A DNA stretch of 64,000 nt from Callorhinchus milii (taxonomy: Eukaryota), in contig NW_024704742.1 of the NCBI RefSeq assembly GCF_018977255.1, forward strand, positions 136,030,001 to 136,094,000, written 5' to 3'. The translations under genes and the position numbers were made by a program. The notes beneath the pieces are model-generated. The model had not been told where the DNA came from, made no database searches, and worked only from the letters and a program-made list of their open reading frames with translations. Shown here in pieces: positions 50,847 to 63,202 of the stretch. Each line of letters opens with the position of its first letter. The first letter of the stretch is position 1.

Positions 50847-51552
50847 AGAGTACGTCTGTGAGAGTGAGAAAGATAAAGAGAGAGAGAGAGAGAGCGCAGT
50901 GTGCAAGAGCGAGCAAGAGAGAGTTCAAGTGTGAGAAAGAGCGTATGAGAGCGAGAGTGCGAGGAAATGTGAGAGTTTGAGAGCGCGAGAGGGCAAGAGA
51001 GAGTGTGAAGGTGAGAGAGAGAGAGAGTGCGAGGCACGAGATTGTAATGTAAAATAAGTGGCACTTCATACTATCACTGCTCAGATCAACGTTTCAATCT
51101 ATTCTCTTTACAGATGGAAAACACGATGTGTCATATAACACATTCAATAATTATCACCATTGATTGTGAAGTATCACACTTTGTGTGTGTATATGAGCGA
51201 GTGTGTGTGTGAGATGGGAGGCGGGGGGGGGGGGGGAGAGGTGTAAATTTCAATGAGGAAAGCTGGATTCTCTCCCCTTATTCTAAATAATTGGGGGAAG
51301 ATTAAGACAAAAGCCATGCATTCCCCAGTATTGACACCCACATCAGCCTGGCTCAGTGAGTAGCTCTCACGCCTGTGGGTCAGAAGGTTGTGGGTTCGAA
51401 CCCCAAATCAGGACTTTGAGCTCAGTCTAAGCTGCCATAAAGTGTTGGAGGAGCAATCCATTACTCTAGGCACTGTCCTTCAGATACGACATTAACAACT
51501 CCATTTACACTGCCCCCTTCAAGCTGGATAGAGTCTTGGAGAACTGCAATCA

Positions 51553-51905
51553 TTATAATAACAATAATCCTTGCAGTTGATATAGCCCCTTATCACATCA
51601 TTGGGACGTCTCAAAGCGCTTCACAGAATATACTGTAAAGTGGATTGTCTGTGTATTTGTTGGCAAAACACAGTAGCCAATTGCACACAACAGTGTCCCA
51701 TCCCACAAACAGTCATGGTCTGAGTAACTATACTTTTTGGGGGGGAGATTATTACCCCCATCAATCAACTAACAACCGGGTTCCTACTTACTGCTAGGTA
51801 AGCAGAGGCATGTGGAGTAAGGAAACTTGCCTAAGGTTTGCCCAGGAAGACCGTGTTGAACCCGGATTGCGAGGCGGACGCACTAACCACAACACTACAG
51901 GACAC
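51553..51905 (-). mobile_element. SINE A (long subfamily)
   Basis: Tail, central domain and degenerate head. Confidence 0.85.
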
Positions 51906-51956
51906 CGCTACAGTCATATAGGCCTATAAATCGAACGATGCATTGTCAGAGGTACC

Positions 51957-52211
51957 ATAATAATAATAATAATAATCCTTGCATTTGATATAGCGCTTTT
52001 CACGTCGGGAGGACGTCCCAAAGCGCTTCACAGAACACACTGTAAAGTGAATTGACTGTATATTTGTGGGCGAACGCGGCAGCCGATTGCGCACAGCAAT
52101 GTCCCACAAACAGTCGGAGATTGAAAATGACCAATTTATTATTGTTTTTGGTTTTGGAGGGATTATTATTAGGCTCAGTGTGGAGTAAGGAAACTTGCCC
52201 AAGGTTTCGCC
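51957..52211 (-). mobile_element. SINE A, youngest short subfamily, head-less, inserted in a DeuSINE fragment
   Basis: Nearly identical to 56907-57169; splits the host cattgtcagaggtacc|tcctttggatgagatg. Confidence 0.9.
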
Positions 52212-55200
52212 CTCCTTTGGATGAGATGTCAAACTGAGATCCCAGCAATGCCTGTTGGACGTGTTTCCCGAATCCCCTTCCTCTGCTCACCCCTTTATTA
52301 AAATTCTCCACATATAGGCCAAATAAAAGAAAGGCAAGTGTCATTGATTGCTGGCTCTCCATTTCACTGTGTCTCTAAGTGTCCTGGTTGTGTAGACCAG
52401 AGCCGTCTAATCATATTACACAAGCGAAATAACATTCATTCACAGGATATCATCACCCGCAGCGGATAACACGGATTAGCTTTCACTGGCTGATTTCCAA
52501 TTGTTTTTCTTCCTAATCGCTCTTTGTGGAGATGTTTAATTGTGGGCTGGACACAAAGGTCTGTATCAAATTCATCTCCACGGGAGTGGAGCAGAGTAAC
52601 TCATTAATGCAGGTCTCAAAGTCAGGTCAATCTCATTGTTATTACCCGCAATAACGTGTATTTATACAGTGCCCTTCACATAGGGTTACTACATCTTAGA
52701 GCTCTTTACAGTGATGGGGTCAGACACCCTGGCGGGGAGACGGGAAGGTGGCTGTAGGTGAGCGATAAATAGTTGGGATTCAAGGTAGGGTTTGAACACA
52801 GAGAAGGTGAGATGGAGGGGCAGAAGCAGGGAGTTCCGGAGGTTGGGGATGGGAAGGCTCAGCAGCCGGAGTGGTGAGGAGGGGTGAGGAGTGGTGAGGG
52901 AAGAGCAGCCTGAGTGAGCCAAGGAGTCGAGGGAATTAAAATCCTCACCGGCATTGGGTCTGACACTGAAACATCTCAAAAGGAAACATCTCACTGCTCA
53001 ATTCCCTCCTCGCCTTTGTCTACAAAATACAGTAAATCCTCGGCTTCCGCGCTGAAAAAAAGTCAGAGCCAGAAAAATCCACCGCACATTAAATCCTGAG
53101 AGGTGTTTAGTGACGTCCGCTCGCAGCGCAATGCGCTGTGTCAACTGCAAGGAAAAGTATTGTTTATTACTTGTGTGGTGGCCATTTTGCACACAGTGAG
53201 GTCCCACAAACAGCCAATAGATTGGTTTTATCTGAAACTCCTTTCTCTTTGCCCAATAAAGTCATGGGATCTTTAACACCCACCTGAACAGGCAGGTATA
53301 AAGGTCCTTCCCTCCCCCCATAACAAAATACACTTTAATATACATTCTATGAAGCGTTCTGAGGCTTCTGAACGATGTGATAAGGCCCTATATCAAATGC
53401 AAGAATTATTATTATTATGACACTAGTATTTGCAGTTGATGGAGCACCGTATTACGTCCTCAAAACGTTTCGAAGCACTTCAAAGCCCTGTGAGGTGTAG
53501 TGACTGTGCTTTTTTGGCCACTCTCACGTTAGCTCGTTAGATGTTGGGCGTTTCATTCGAAATAGAGGCTGGAAAGTTTCAGAATGCTAAGCACTTTGGC
53601 TAAATGAAACAAAATGACGTGGGCGAGATGGGATTTGGGGAGTAAGAGCAAACAGCAAAGCTCTCCCTACCTAGACCTTTGCCCTTGCTCTGATGCTAGT
53701 TTACACGGCTTGTCTCTTTTCCTTCTGAATTCAAATTTAATCCAATATAAAAATTCAAGACTAATCAAGATAATCCAGGGAGAGGACCCTGTCTCTCATT
53801 CCCTCTCTGTCTCTCGCTCACTCTCTCACATTCTCTCCTGCTCTCTTACGCTCTCACACACTCTCTCTCTCTCTCTCTCTCTTGCTCTTTTGCTCTCTCG
53901 GGCGCAATGTGCATGAGGTGATGAGAACTGACCAGGTAAAGAAGTAGATAGCGAGGAAAAAACACACACACACACAGAGAGAGCGAGAGAGAGAGAGAAA
54001 CACAAACATACAGACAGTTACAACACCCAAACGCGCTTGACAATACTAACTGGGCCTTGACGCTGACGGTGGGAGTTGAGGGGGTGGAAAGATGACCAAA
54101 AGTGCGGCCAAAGAGGTATGTTTTGAGACACACTTTGAAAGAGGGAAGAGGGGGACAAGACGCACATACACACTCACACATCCAATTAGACAGGAGAAGA
54201 GAGACACTCACTCTCACACCTGATGTCACACTGTTTTCATATCCAAGGTCATATTTAAGGTCTGTTGAAATAAAATAATGGGCTTGGAAGAAATAAGTAC
54301 CAGACAGCCTGACACAGGAGCTCATAAGTAATCAAATGCTCCGATTCACTGACCCACAGTCAGGTGTGCGTCCAGTAATGGTGTGAAATTGCCTGCCGTG
54401 TTTCGCCCACAAAATATACAGTCACTCCACTTTACAGTATATTCTGTGAAGCTCTTTGAGACCTTTCAACGATGTGATAAAGCGCTATACCAACTGCAAG
54501 GATTGTTACTAATATTAGGACCTGCCTTTTGAAAGCCATTTACAGAGCTTTCTCTGAAGTGTAGTGACTGTGTGTTTTAAAGGCAGAATAACAATTTGGA
54601 ATGGAAAACAGCCCTGGAAAGGAAATTCATGTGCATTTTTAAAAAAAGAGAAGTAAACACTTCTAATAATACTAACCCTTGCATTTTATATAGCGCCTTA
54701 TCATGTTGTTGAGCGCTTCACGGGATATACTGTAAAGTGGATTGACTGCGTATTTTGTGGGCGAAACAAAATTGGATTTATTATTATTAGATTTATATAT
54801 TATTACATATTTGGATTAGATAACCTTACTTTTATGACAATAAAATCAATGTAACGGCTCACAAATCAAAACTGCTCACAGATAAATCAGTCGGCCTTTA
54901 AACATCACTCTGAGCTCGGTTCCTTCTTCTGTCTTCTGTCTCTGGTGGAATCAAAATCGCCCTAAGCATTTACTCTGTGTCTTCTTTTATTAACTGAAGA
55001 TAAGTAAATTGGATAAGCTGTCAGTGATCTTTACGTAAAATGGGTAATCGAGAAAAATGACCGAGTGTATGTATCTCGCTGCAACAAGGTTTGGGGGAAG
55101 GAATTAAAAGGCAACATGATCTGGCAGAAGGGAACTTGCTCAGGGCTATGTGGAGATGGTCAATCAGGATTGGGTGTGAAAGAAATGGTAAGTGTCTTGT

Positions 55201-55314
55201 AAACCACGGCCAACTGACTTTGGAAGGATTCCTTGGTGTTAACCCAAGTCTCTTACCTCCAATACTGGGAGGATTTGGCTGTGTTTTGCAAAGGTTGGGT
55301 TAGTTATGGGATCG

Positions 55315-55712
55315 GACTGGGATTCTTCTCCTTAGAGCAGAGAAGGTTAAGGAGAGATTTAATGGAAATGTTCAAAATGATGAGGGGTTTTAAGAGCGTG
55401 AATAAGGAGAAACCGTTTCCACTGGCGGGTGGGTCGGCAATCGGATTTAAATAATTGACAAAAGAACCAGAAGGGAGGTGAGAATATTTTTTTATGCAGG
55501 GAATTGTTCCAATCTGGATTGCACATATGGTTCAAAAGGAAATTCGATGCATACTTGAAAAGAAAAAGATTACAAGGCTATGGGGAAAGAGCTGAGCGCG
55601 GGCGGTGGGGGTGGGACTAATTGGGTGGCTCTTTCAAAGACCTGGCACAGGCACGATGGCACAGGCACGAATGGCCTCCCTCTGTGGCTGTTGGATTCCA
55701 TGACTCTATGAT
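55315..55712 (+). mobile_element. CR1 3' fragment
   Basis: LGFFSLEQRRLRRDLMEMFKMMRGF remnant plus tail gaatggcctccctctgtg. Confidence 0.88.
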
Positions 55713-56835
55713 TGTCTGGTAGCACCTTGTGTCAGCCTGGCTAGGTTGGTAGCACTCTCGCCCCAGAGTCAGAAGGTTGTGGGTTCAAACCCCATGCCCC
55801 CACCCTGTGTGTGGGACATCACTGTGTACAAATTGGCTGTAGCGTTCGACTACAAATACGCAAATCACGACACTTTGCATAAAATTGGAAGTGCTTTGCG
55901 ATGTTATAGGCGCTATGTGAAATGCAGGGATTATTATTAATTATTAATTCAAGAACGTTATCCAACTGACAGGCTGCGCAGCGAAGTCTTGGTTTGTACC
56001 GTAACTAGAGCTTCCATTGAACTGCTCTGAATGTAGCTGTCATCGTGCTGTCAACATTACAATATTTAACGCACGGGTAAGCAGAAGGTATCTCGATTAA
56101 ATGTCTCATTTTAAGGACAGCACCTCCGACAATGCAGGACTCCCCCAGCACTGCTCAAGACTATTTCTTGTCGCGCAATCCGTCAGCCGTGTCTTAACAA
56201 TATTCAGAGTTAGCGACAATAATTTCTACATAAATCATGTGGAGCAGGTTAGATGTGAAAGCTGTGGAGGAAATCGAGTACAACAATCAGTTAGCGTACG
56301 TTCTGACACCGACCCACTGTAGCTGCGGTTAATTAAGCATCATTCCGGGAGAGGTTTAATGAAGATTACTGGAGTCTAACCTGCCTGAGCCACTTGCTCG
56401 TGCTGTTAAGCTCTGCTGTGCTCTGAAACATTTTTCTGCAAAAGTGTCTTTTGCTAGATTCAAGTTAGAGGGATATTCGGGAGATGTAGGGGGTGTAAAA
56501 GGGCAGGAGAGTGAGATTAAATGGCCTGACAAAATGGCAGAGCAGGCTGAATGGTCTGCTGTTCTCATGTCAGCCTGGCTCAGTCGATTACACTCTCATC
56601 TTTGAGTCGGATGGTTATGAGTTCAAGCCCCAGGTCGGGGACTTTGGATGCCCTGACATGGGACTTGAAGATGTTAAACCAACGTCCCGTTTGCCTATTC
56701 GGGTGGATGGTAAAGATCCCATGGCACTATTGGGAAAGAGAAGGAAGTCTCTCTCACCTGGTGTCCCACCCGACAATCCCCCAAATAAAATTCATCACTC
56801 ACTCCATGGCTGTGCACAATGCTATGCATTGCTAT

Positions 56836-57169
56836 GGAGTCCTGTAGCTCAGTGGTTAGAGCACTCGCTTTGCAAGCGAGAGACCTGAGTTCAATTCCAG
56901 GCAGAGGGCGAAACCTTGGGCAAGTTTCCTTACTCCACACAGAGCCTAATAATAATCCCTTCAAAAAACAAAACAATAATAAATTGGTCATTTTCAATCT
57001 ACGACTGTTTGTGGGACGTTGCTGTGCGCAATTGGCTGCCGCGTTCGCCCACAAATATACAGTCAATTCACTTTACAGTGTGTTCTGTGAAGCGCTTTGG
57101 GACGTCCTCCCGACGTGAAAAGCGCTATATCAAATGCAAGGATTATTATTATTATTATTATTATTATTA
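56836..57169 (+). mobile_element. SINE A, youngest short subfamily, full length (best-preserved copy)
   Basis: A-box TAGCTCAGTGG; anticodon arm CTCGC-TT-TGC-AA-GCGAG (Ala); B-box GTTCAATTCC; perfect tail stem; about nine ATT repeats; inserted in a DeuSINE starting ~56569. Confidence 0.93.
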
Positions 57170-57769
57170 CGTTTCACCCACAACATACAGACTCAAATCC
57201 ACTTGTAGTATATCCTGTGAGATGCTTTGAGACGTCTCAATGACACGATGAAGCACTGTAGTAAGGAATATTGTCTGGGCTGACAAGACCTCTCCAGTGC
57301 GTTGTCAGAGGTGCCGTCCTTCGGATCAGACCCCGTCTGTGACTGTTCAGGTGGACGTTAAAGATCCCACAGCACTTCTCTAGAAGGGAGTTTCACCTGG
57401 TGTCTTGGCAAACATAACACTTAGACAGCCACAAGGTCAATGGCCAGTCTGTCTGGAAGACTGGCTGGGGATTACTGAAGAGGATTAACTATCGCAACAG
57501 CATCATCAGTGGGGTAAGAGCCAATCTGTCACAAAGTCGACAATTTTCCTATAACTGGATCACTGTTTGTCTCAAATGACTGGGCCAGACACTGCCTTCT
57601 CTTCCCCAACAGCACCGAAGGATCTTTAACGTCCACCTTACAGGCAGGACCGCGGGTTTAACGTCTCATCCAAACAGCAAACTCTCACCGTGCAATACTC
57701 CCCCCAGCTCTGCACTGAATCGTCAGAATGCGCTCCGAGGTCAAAGACCCCGACATGGAGGGCTTCAGC

Positions 57770-58510
57770 TAACACCCAAAAGGGATGCTAAACTTCTACA
57801 AGACGTTGGTGAGACCCCAGTTGGGGGTTTTGCCCCCATTTTTGAATGCTGCGCTAGACAAAGAACATCAGACCTATGGAGAGAGAACAGCGGACATTAA
57901 CCAGGTGATGAGAGGCTACGGTTCATAAAATCATAGAATATTACGGAACAGAAGGAGGCCATTCGGCCCATGTACCGGCTCTTTGAAAGAGTTACTAACT
58001 AGTGCCATTCCGTAACCCTGCCAATGTTTCCTTTTCAGACACCTATCTAAATCGCTCTTGAAAGCTATTAGCGAAACTGCTTCCACCTCTGATTCTTTGA
58101 TCAATTATGAAAACCTGGGCCTGTTTTTGCTGAAGCAGAGAAGGTGGTGGCTGGTGGGGGTTAGGGGGTTCCAAACTGATGAAGGGTTTTGATAGAATAA
58201 TGAAGGGACCTTATTGCCACAGGTTGTCAAGTCAGTGACAAGAGGACGTGGACTGAGTATGATGATCAGAAGAGTATGGCATTGTTCTAACACAAAATGT
58301 CAGGAGCCTTACCACAAAAGGCTGTTGAATCCGAATCCATAGCAGCATTTAAAAGAGAATTGGATAAAAAGATGAACTCAAATAAGAACGTGAGTTACAG
58401 TCAGCGAGCAGGGGAATGGGATTAGAGTAGACAGCGCTAGTGGGAGCACGGGGGGCGGGGGGGGGGGGAGGTCAGTACTACCACAGACACGATGGGGAAA
58501 GAGCAGGACA
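57770..58510 (+). mobile_element. Old CR1 3' region with a nested antisense CR1 tail (~57925-58088)
   Basis: ctacaagacgttggtgagaccccagttgg, ctgggcctgtttttgctgaagcagagaagg and similar motifs. Confidence 0.7.
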
Positions 58511-58515
58511 ATGGT

Positions 58516-58890
58516 GTCAGCCTGGTTCAGTTGGCAGCACTCTCGCCTCGGAGTCAGAAAGATGTGGGTTCAAGCCATACTTCAGGACTTTGAAATCATT
58601 TAGTTCAGGCTGACGGTCCAGTGCAGTGCTGGGGGAGTCTGTATTGTTGGAGGTGCCATCCTCTAGGATTGCACGTTAAATCGAGGTCCCACCTGCCTGT
58701 TCTGGTGGATGCTAAAAATCTCGTGGAACTATTGCAAAAGCAAAGGGAGTTTCTCCTTGGCCAACAATCCCTCCAATAAAATTGGCTGTTCACTTTATGG
58801 CTGTTTGTGTGGCAATGCTATGCACAAATTACTAAATATACAGTCACTATACGTCACAATAAATCCTGTGAAGCACTTTTGAGACATCCT
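58516..58890 (+). mobile_element. SINE B (DeuSINE), near full length
   Basis: gtcagcctggttcagttggcagcactctcgcc...ggttcaagcc...caggctgac, then the Deu domain. Confidence 0.87.
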
Positions 58891-59004
58891 CCTGAGATGC
58901 AGTAATGGAGGAGTGTTAGTGACACCATCCTTTGGATTAGATATGAAATCAAGGTCCCGTCTACCTTTGCAGGAGTGATGTTAAAATATCCTCCGAGGCT
59001 GTTA

Positions 59005-59355
59005 AAATAATAATAATAATCTTTGCATTTGATATAGAGCCTTATCGCGTCTTCGAGACGTCTCAAAGCGCTTCAGGGAATGTAGTGTAAAGTGAATCGA
59101 CTGCATATTTTGTGGGTGAAACGCGGCAGCAGTGTCCAGCAAACAGTCAGTGATTTGAGTGACCAAATTATTTTTCTTTTTTTGGAGGGATTATTACCCC
59201 AGGATAGTGATCAGCCAATCGACCAACAACCGGTTTTACTACTTACCCCGAGGGAAACAGAGACGTGTGGAGTAAGGAAACTTGCCTAAGGTTTCGCCCC
59301 TGCCCGGGAATCAAACTCAAACCCTCTCGCTCCAAACACTACACCACGGGACTCC
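59005..59355 (-). mobile_element. SINE A (long subfamily)
   Basis: Tail through to head ggactcc. Confidence 0.85.
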
Positions 59356-60769
59356 ACAAACAGAAGGGAGTTTATCCCCGGTTTCCTGGTCAACAGCTCC
59401 ACAAATTTAAAAAAAAAATGATGGTTCACTTCACAGCCGTATGTGGGTCATCACTGTGTGCAAATAATTGCATTCCCTCTGCACGTCTGATATCTGTAAA
59501 ACACACTGGTTGGACTGCCTCAGAATCAAACACGGTTCCCTTGGGAGGTTAAGCGAAGCAAGTGTGTGTGTGTGTGTGTGTGGGGAGGGAGAAGGAAAGG
59601 GGGGGAATAAAAATAACCACCAACGTACAGAATGCCGATGCTTTGAAATTCTTTCGCTGACACGAAAGGCAAATTGAGCGCAAACTGTTCCCTTATTAAT
59701 GTAACATTATAATCTAAATTATTCAGGTCCCGATCTGCAAAAAACTCGTTCCCAAAAGGATTGGTTGGGGGCTGAATATTTGATCTTGGGAAGTAATCTT
59801 TTTCCGTGTTGTATACGCTGTAAAAAATAATCAGTGTCGAGCAACCCATTTTGAAAGAAGCCCACACTCACTATTTATTCATCACACTCACGCCCACGAT
59901 TTGTAAGGGCTTCAATTAAGCTTGGTGTAGTTCGGTCCTAAGACATCCATTATCCTTTCTGTAGAGCAAGCTTGTAACAGGTGAAGAGCGTTTTACTGAA
60001 AAGCCGTAGCAATTGAATCTATCCTTCTCCCATCTTTCACGGCGGGGCGAAGCCTTGGGAGTCCTGCTCCGACCGTGCAGTCCTGCGGCTCAGTGGTCAG
60101 ATCGCTCGCCTCGCAAGCGAGAGGACCCGGGTTCGATTTTTTTCCGGGCAGTGCGAAACATTGGGCAAGTTTCCTTCCTCCACAAAAGCTTCTGTTTGCC
60201 CAGCAGTAAGTAGGAACCCGGTTGTTAATCGATTTCCTTTTCTGGGGGTAACAATCTCTTCAAATAATAATGATAATAATAATATCCCTTCGCAGCTGTT
60301 TGTGGGACATTCCTGCCTCAATTGCCTTCAAGCGCTGGATCTTTAACATCCACCCCATCAGACTCCGGCGTATTAATGTGGATCACTTCCCTTCTCCCAT
60401 GTCGTTCCCACCCCCCCCTCCTGTCCGTCCGTCCGTCCGTCTGACCCCATTGATAGCCCAGAGTCACCAGGGTCTCAGTGCAACAAGCTGAGTGATTCAT
60501 TGGCCAACAGGACCAATGTCCCTCGGGCTAAATAAACACTTGAACCGTAAACTGATCTGCACATATTTGTCTTCATTGGCTGCTAATTTGCACAGACAGG
60601 ACCATGTTTCTTCATTTAGCCTCACATATCTCGGTGTCAAGCCAGGCTCTGGCTGCTTCCTGATCCATGAAGGAGCCAGGAAGGCTCTGCCGACACCCTG
60701 GCCTGGCCGCCACGACCGGCTCAATCCTCTCCCCATCGTCCTACACGTCACAACATCGCTATCAACCAC

Positions 60770-61313
60770 CACACACACACACACAAACACACGCGCACAT
60801 GCTCCCTCTCACACACACACACACACACACACGCTCTCTCTCTCACACACACACAAGCTCTCTCACACACACGCTCTCTCACACACAAATGCTCTCTCAC
60901 ACACACACGCTCCTCTCACACACACACACACGCTCTCTCTCACACACACACACACGCTCTCTCACACACAAATCTCTCTCTCACACACGCTCTCTCTCAC
61001 ACACACGCTCTCTCACACACAAATGCTCTCTCACACATACACACTCCCTCTCACACACACACACACGCTCTCTCACACACAAATGCTCTCTCTCACACAC
61101 ACTCTCACACACACGCTCTCTCTCACACACATGCTCTCTCACACACACGCGCTCTCTCACACACACGCTCCCTCTCACACACACACACGCTCTCTCTCTT
61201 TCACACACACTCTCTCTCTTTCACGCACACTCTCTCTCTTTCACACACACACACACTCTCTCACACACACACACACACTCTCTCACACACACATGCTCTC
61301 CCTCACACACACG

Positions 61314-61350
<37 letters not shown>

Positions 61351-61605
61351 TCTCACACACACACACACCACACACGCTGTCTCACACACACATGCTCTCT
61401 CACACACACGCGCTCTCTCACACACACACACATGCTCTCTCACACACACATGCTCTCCCTCACACACACATGCTCTCCCTCACACACACGCTCTCTCTCA
61501 CACACACACTCTCTCTCACACACACACACACACACACGCTGTCTCACACACACATGCTCTCTCTCACACAAACACACATGCTCTCTCTCCCACACACACG
61601 CGCTC
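60770..61605. repeat. Compound (CA)n/(CT)n satellite
   Basis: Repeating (CA)3-9-(Y)GC-(TC)3-4 units. Confidence 0.95.
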
Positions 61606-61689
61606 CCCTCCTAAACACGGTCAGACTCACGCTCTGATACAGCGCTCTCTGAAAGAGTTGGGAGACAGGATTATCAATAAGAACGGGGG

Positions 61690-62000
61690 TTGGAGCTTGG
61701 CTCAGTTGATTGCTCTTCTGTCTTGGGGTTATGGGTTCAAACCCCTCGTTGGGGCTCGATCGGGGGCGGAGGAGAGGGCAGGAGCACCTCATTTTCAGAG
61801 GAGACGTCCTTTAGATGAGATGTTAAACCAAAGTCCCCTTCTGTGGGTTGAGGTGGACTCAAAAAGATCCTGCGATCCCATTGACAGCGCAAAAGGGAGT
61901 TTCTCTGGGTCGACAATCCTCCAGATTCATTAGTCGTTCCCCTCACATACCGCTCATGTGACCTGGCGGTCACAAAAAACAGTCACTACTCTTTTGACGA
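61690..62000 (+). mobile_element. SINE B (DeuSINE), diverged
   Basis: ggctcagttg...gggttcaaacccc; gtcctttagatgagatgttaaacc; aaagatcc. Confidence 0.78.
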
Positions 62001-62297
62001 GGGGTTGGACCCCTGTTATAAAGCAGAAGTTTGAGGGGAGAGCCATAAAATCACACGCCATGTTATGGAGGATCACGGAAGAAACAATAAGCCTTATATT
62101 TGGTATCAGAGCCTTTCACGTTGGGAGGGACGTCTCAAAGCGCTTCACAGGATTTACTGTAAAGTGTAGTGACTGTGTATTTTGTAGGCGAACATGGCAG
62201 ACAATTTGCACGGAGCAAAAGGGACGCCAATCATCAGCACTTCCGAAGGGTCAGGCGTGCAGGAAGTCAGCCGATCAGGGATGGAAGTCGGCCATTA

Positions 62298-62528
62298 GGA
62301 CAGGAAGTTGGTCTCTGGGCCGGTCAGGGCAGGAAGTTGGTCACTGGGCCGGTCAGGACAGGAAGTTGGTCACTGGGTCGGTCAGGGCAGGAAGTTGGTC
62401 ACTGGGCCGGTCAGGACAGGAAGTTGGTCACTGGGCCGGTCAGGACAGGAAGTTGGTCACTGGGTCGGTCAGGGCAGGAAGTTGGTCACTGGGCCGGTCA
62501 GGACAGGAAGTTGGTCACTGGGCCATTA
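62298..62528. repeat. 29-bp minisatellite, 8 units (GGRCAGGAAGTTGGTCACTGGGYCGGTCA)
   Basis: Units start at 62298, 62327, 62356, 62385, 62414, 62443, 62472 and 62501; GGCCATTA occurs at both ends. Confidence 0.96.
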
Positions 62529-63039
62529 AGAGCAGAAAGCCAGGCTTCCTGTGGAGCGATTTGAGATGTTGTGGGACGTGACGAGGTGCGGTTTAAACGT
62601 AAGCGACTTCTTCGGCTCTTATCTCCACCTCAGAGAATCTCTGGCGCAGTCACAAAAACCGAACAACAATCCTTACAATCAGCTGCGGAGCCAGAATTAG
62701 CTCAAAGAGTCAGGTGAAGTGACTGTGCGTTTGCGTTTGCAGGTGAGCGCCGCAGGCAATGGTGACCCGTTCTCTCGGCGGAGAATGGCCCGCGCTCATA
62801 CATATTCACAGACGCCTTCGATTTGTTAATGCAGTGGAAGACGAGAGTGAGGTTATCGAGGTGACGCGAGGACACACTCCCTGACTCTCAGTAGATCAGA
62901 CCCTCGGCTGAACTGAGTGGAGCTGAGCATCAGTGAGATAAAACCAGGGAAATTGTTCAACTATAATCTACTGTTCAGCTTGAAATCACTGCATTTCCTG
63001 TCCGCCTCAATGCCTTTCTTATCCACGTTACCTTCTGTG

Positions 63040-63072
<33 letters not shown>

Positions 63073-63202
63073 CCTCCCGAAGCCTCTCTGAACTCGTGAT
63101 GACTCTATTCGGCGCTGTTTCTTAACTCAAATGCACTGACGTCAACTCTCGGGAACACTGTTCCAACCCACTCCGCTCGCCGAGTCGGAAGGTTTACCCC
63201 CG

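Noticed and set aside
56836..56910. tRNA-Ala genes (this and similar heads)
   Set aside because: The acceptor stem does not close and the sequence continues into the SINE body; these are SINE heads.
60492..61637. Long His/Thr/Ser/Leu ORFs (also 48969-49826, 37243-37916, 63517-63996, 17149-17865)
   Set aside because: These are translations of stop-poor simple repeats.
62298..62528. CRISPR-like array
   Set aside because: Head-to-tail 29-bp units with no unique spacers, no cas genes, and a vertebrate context.
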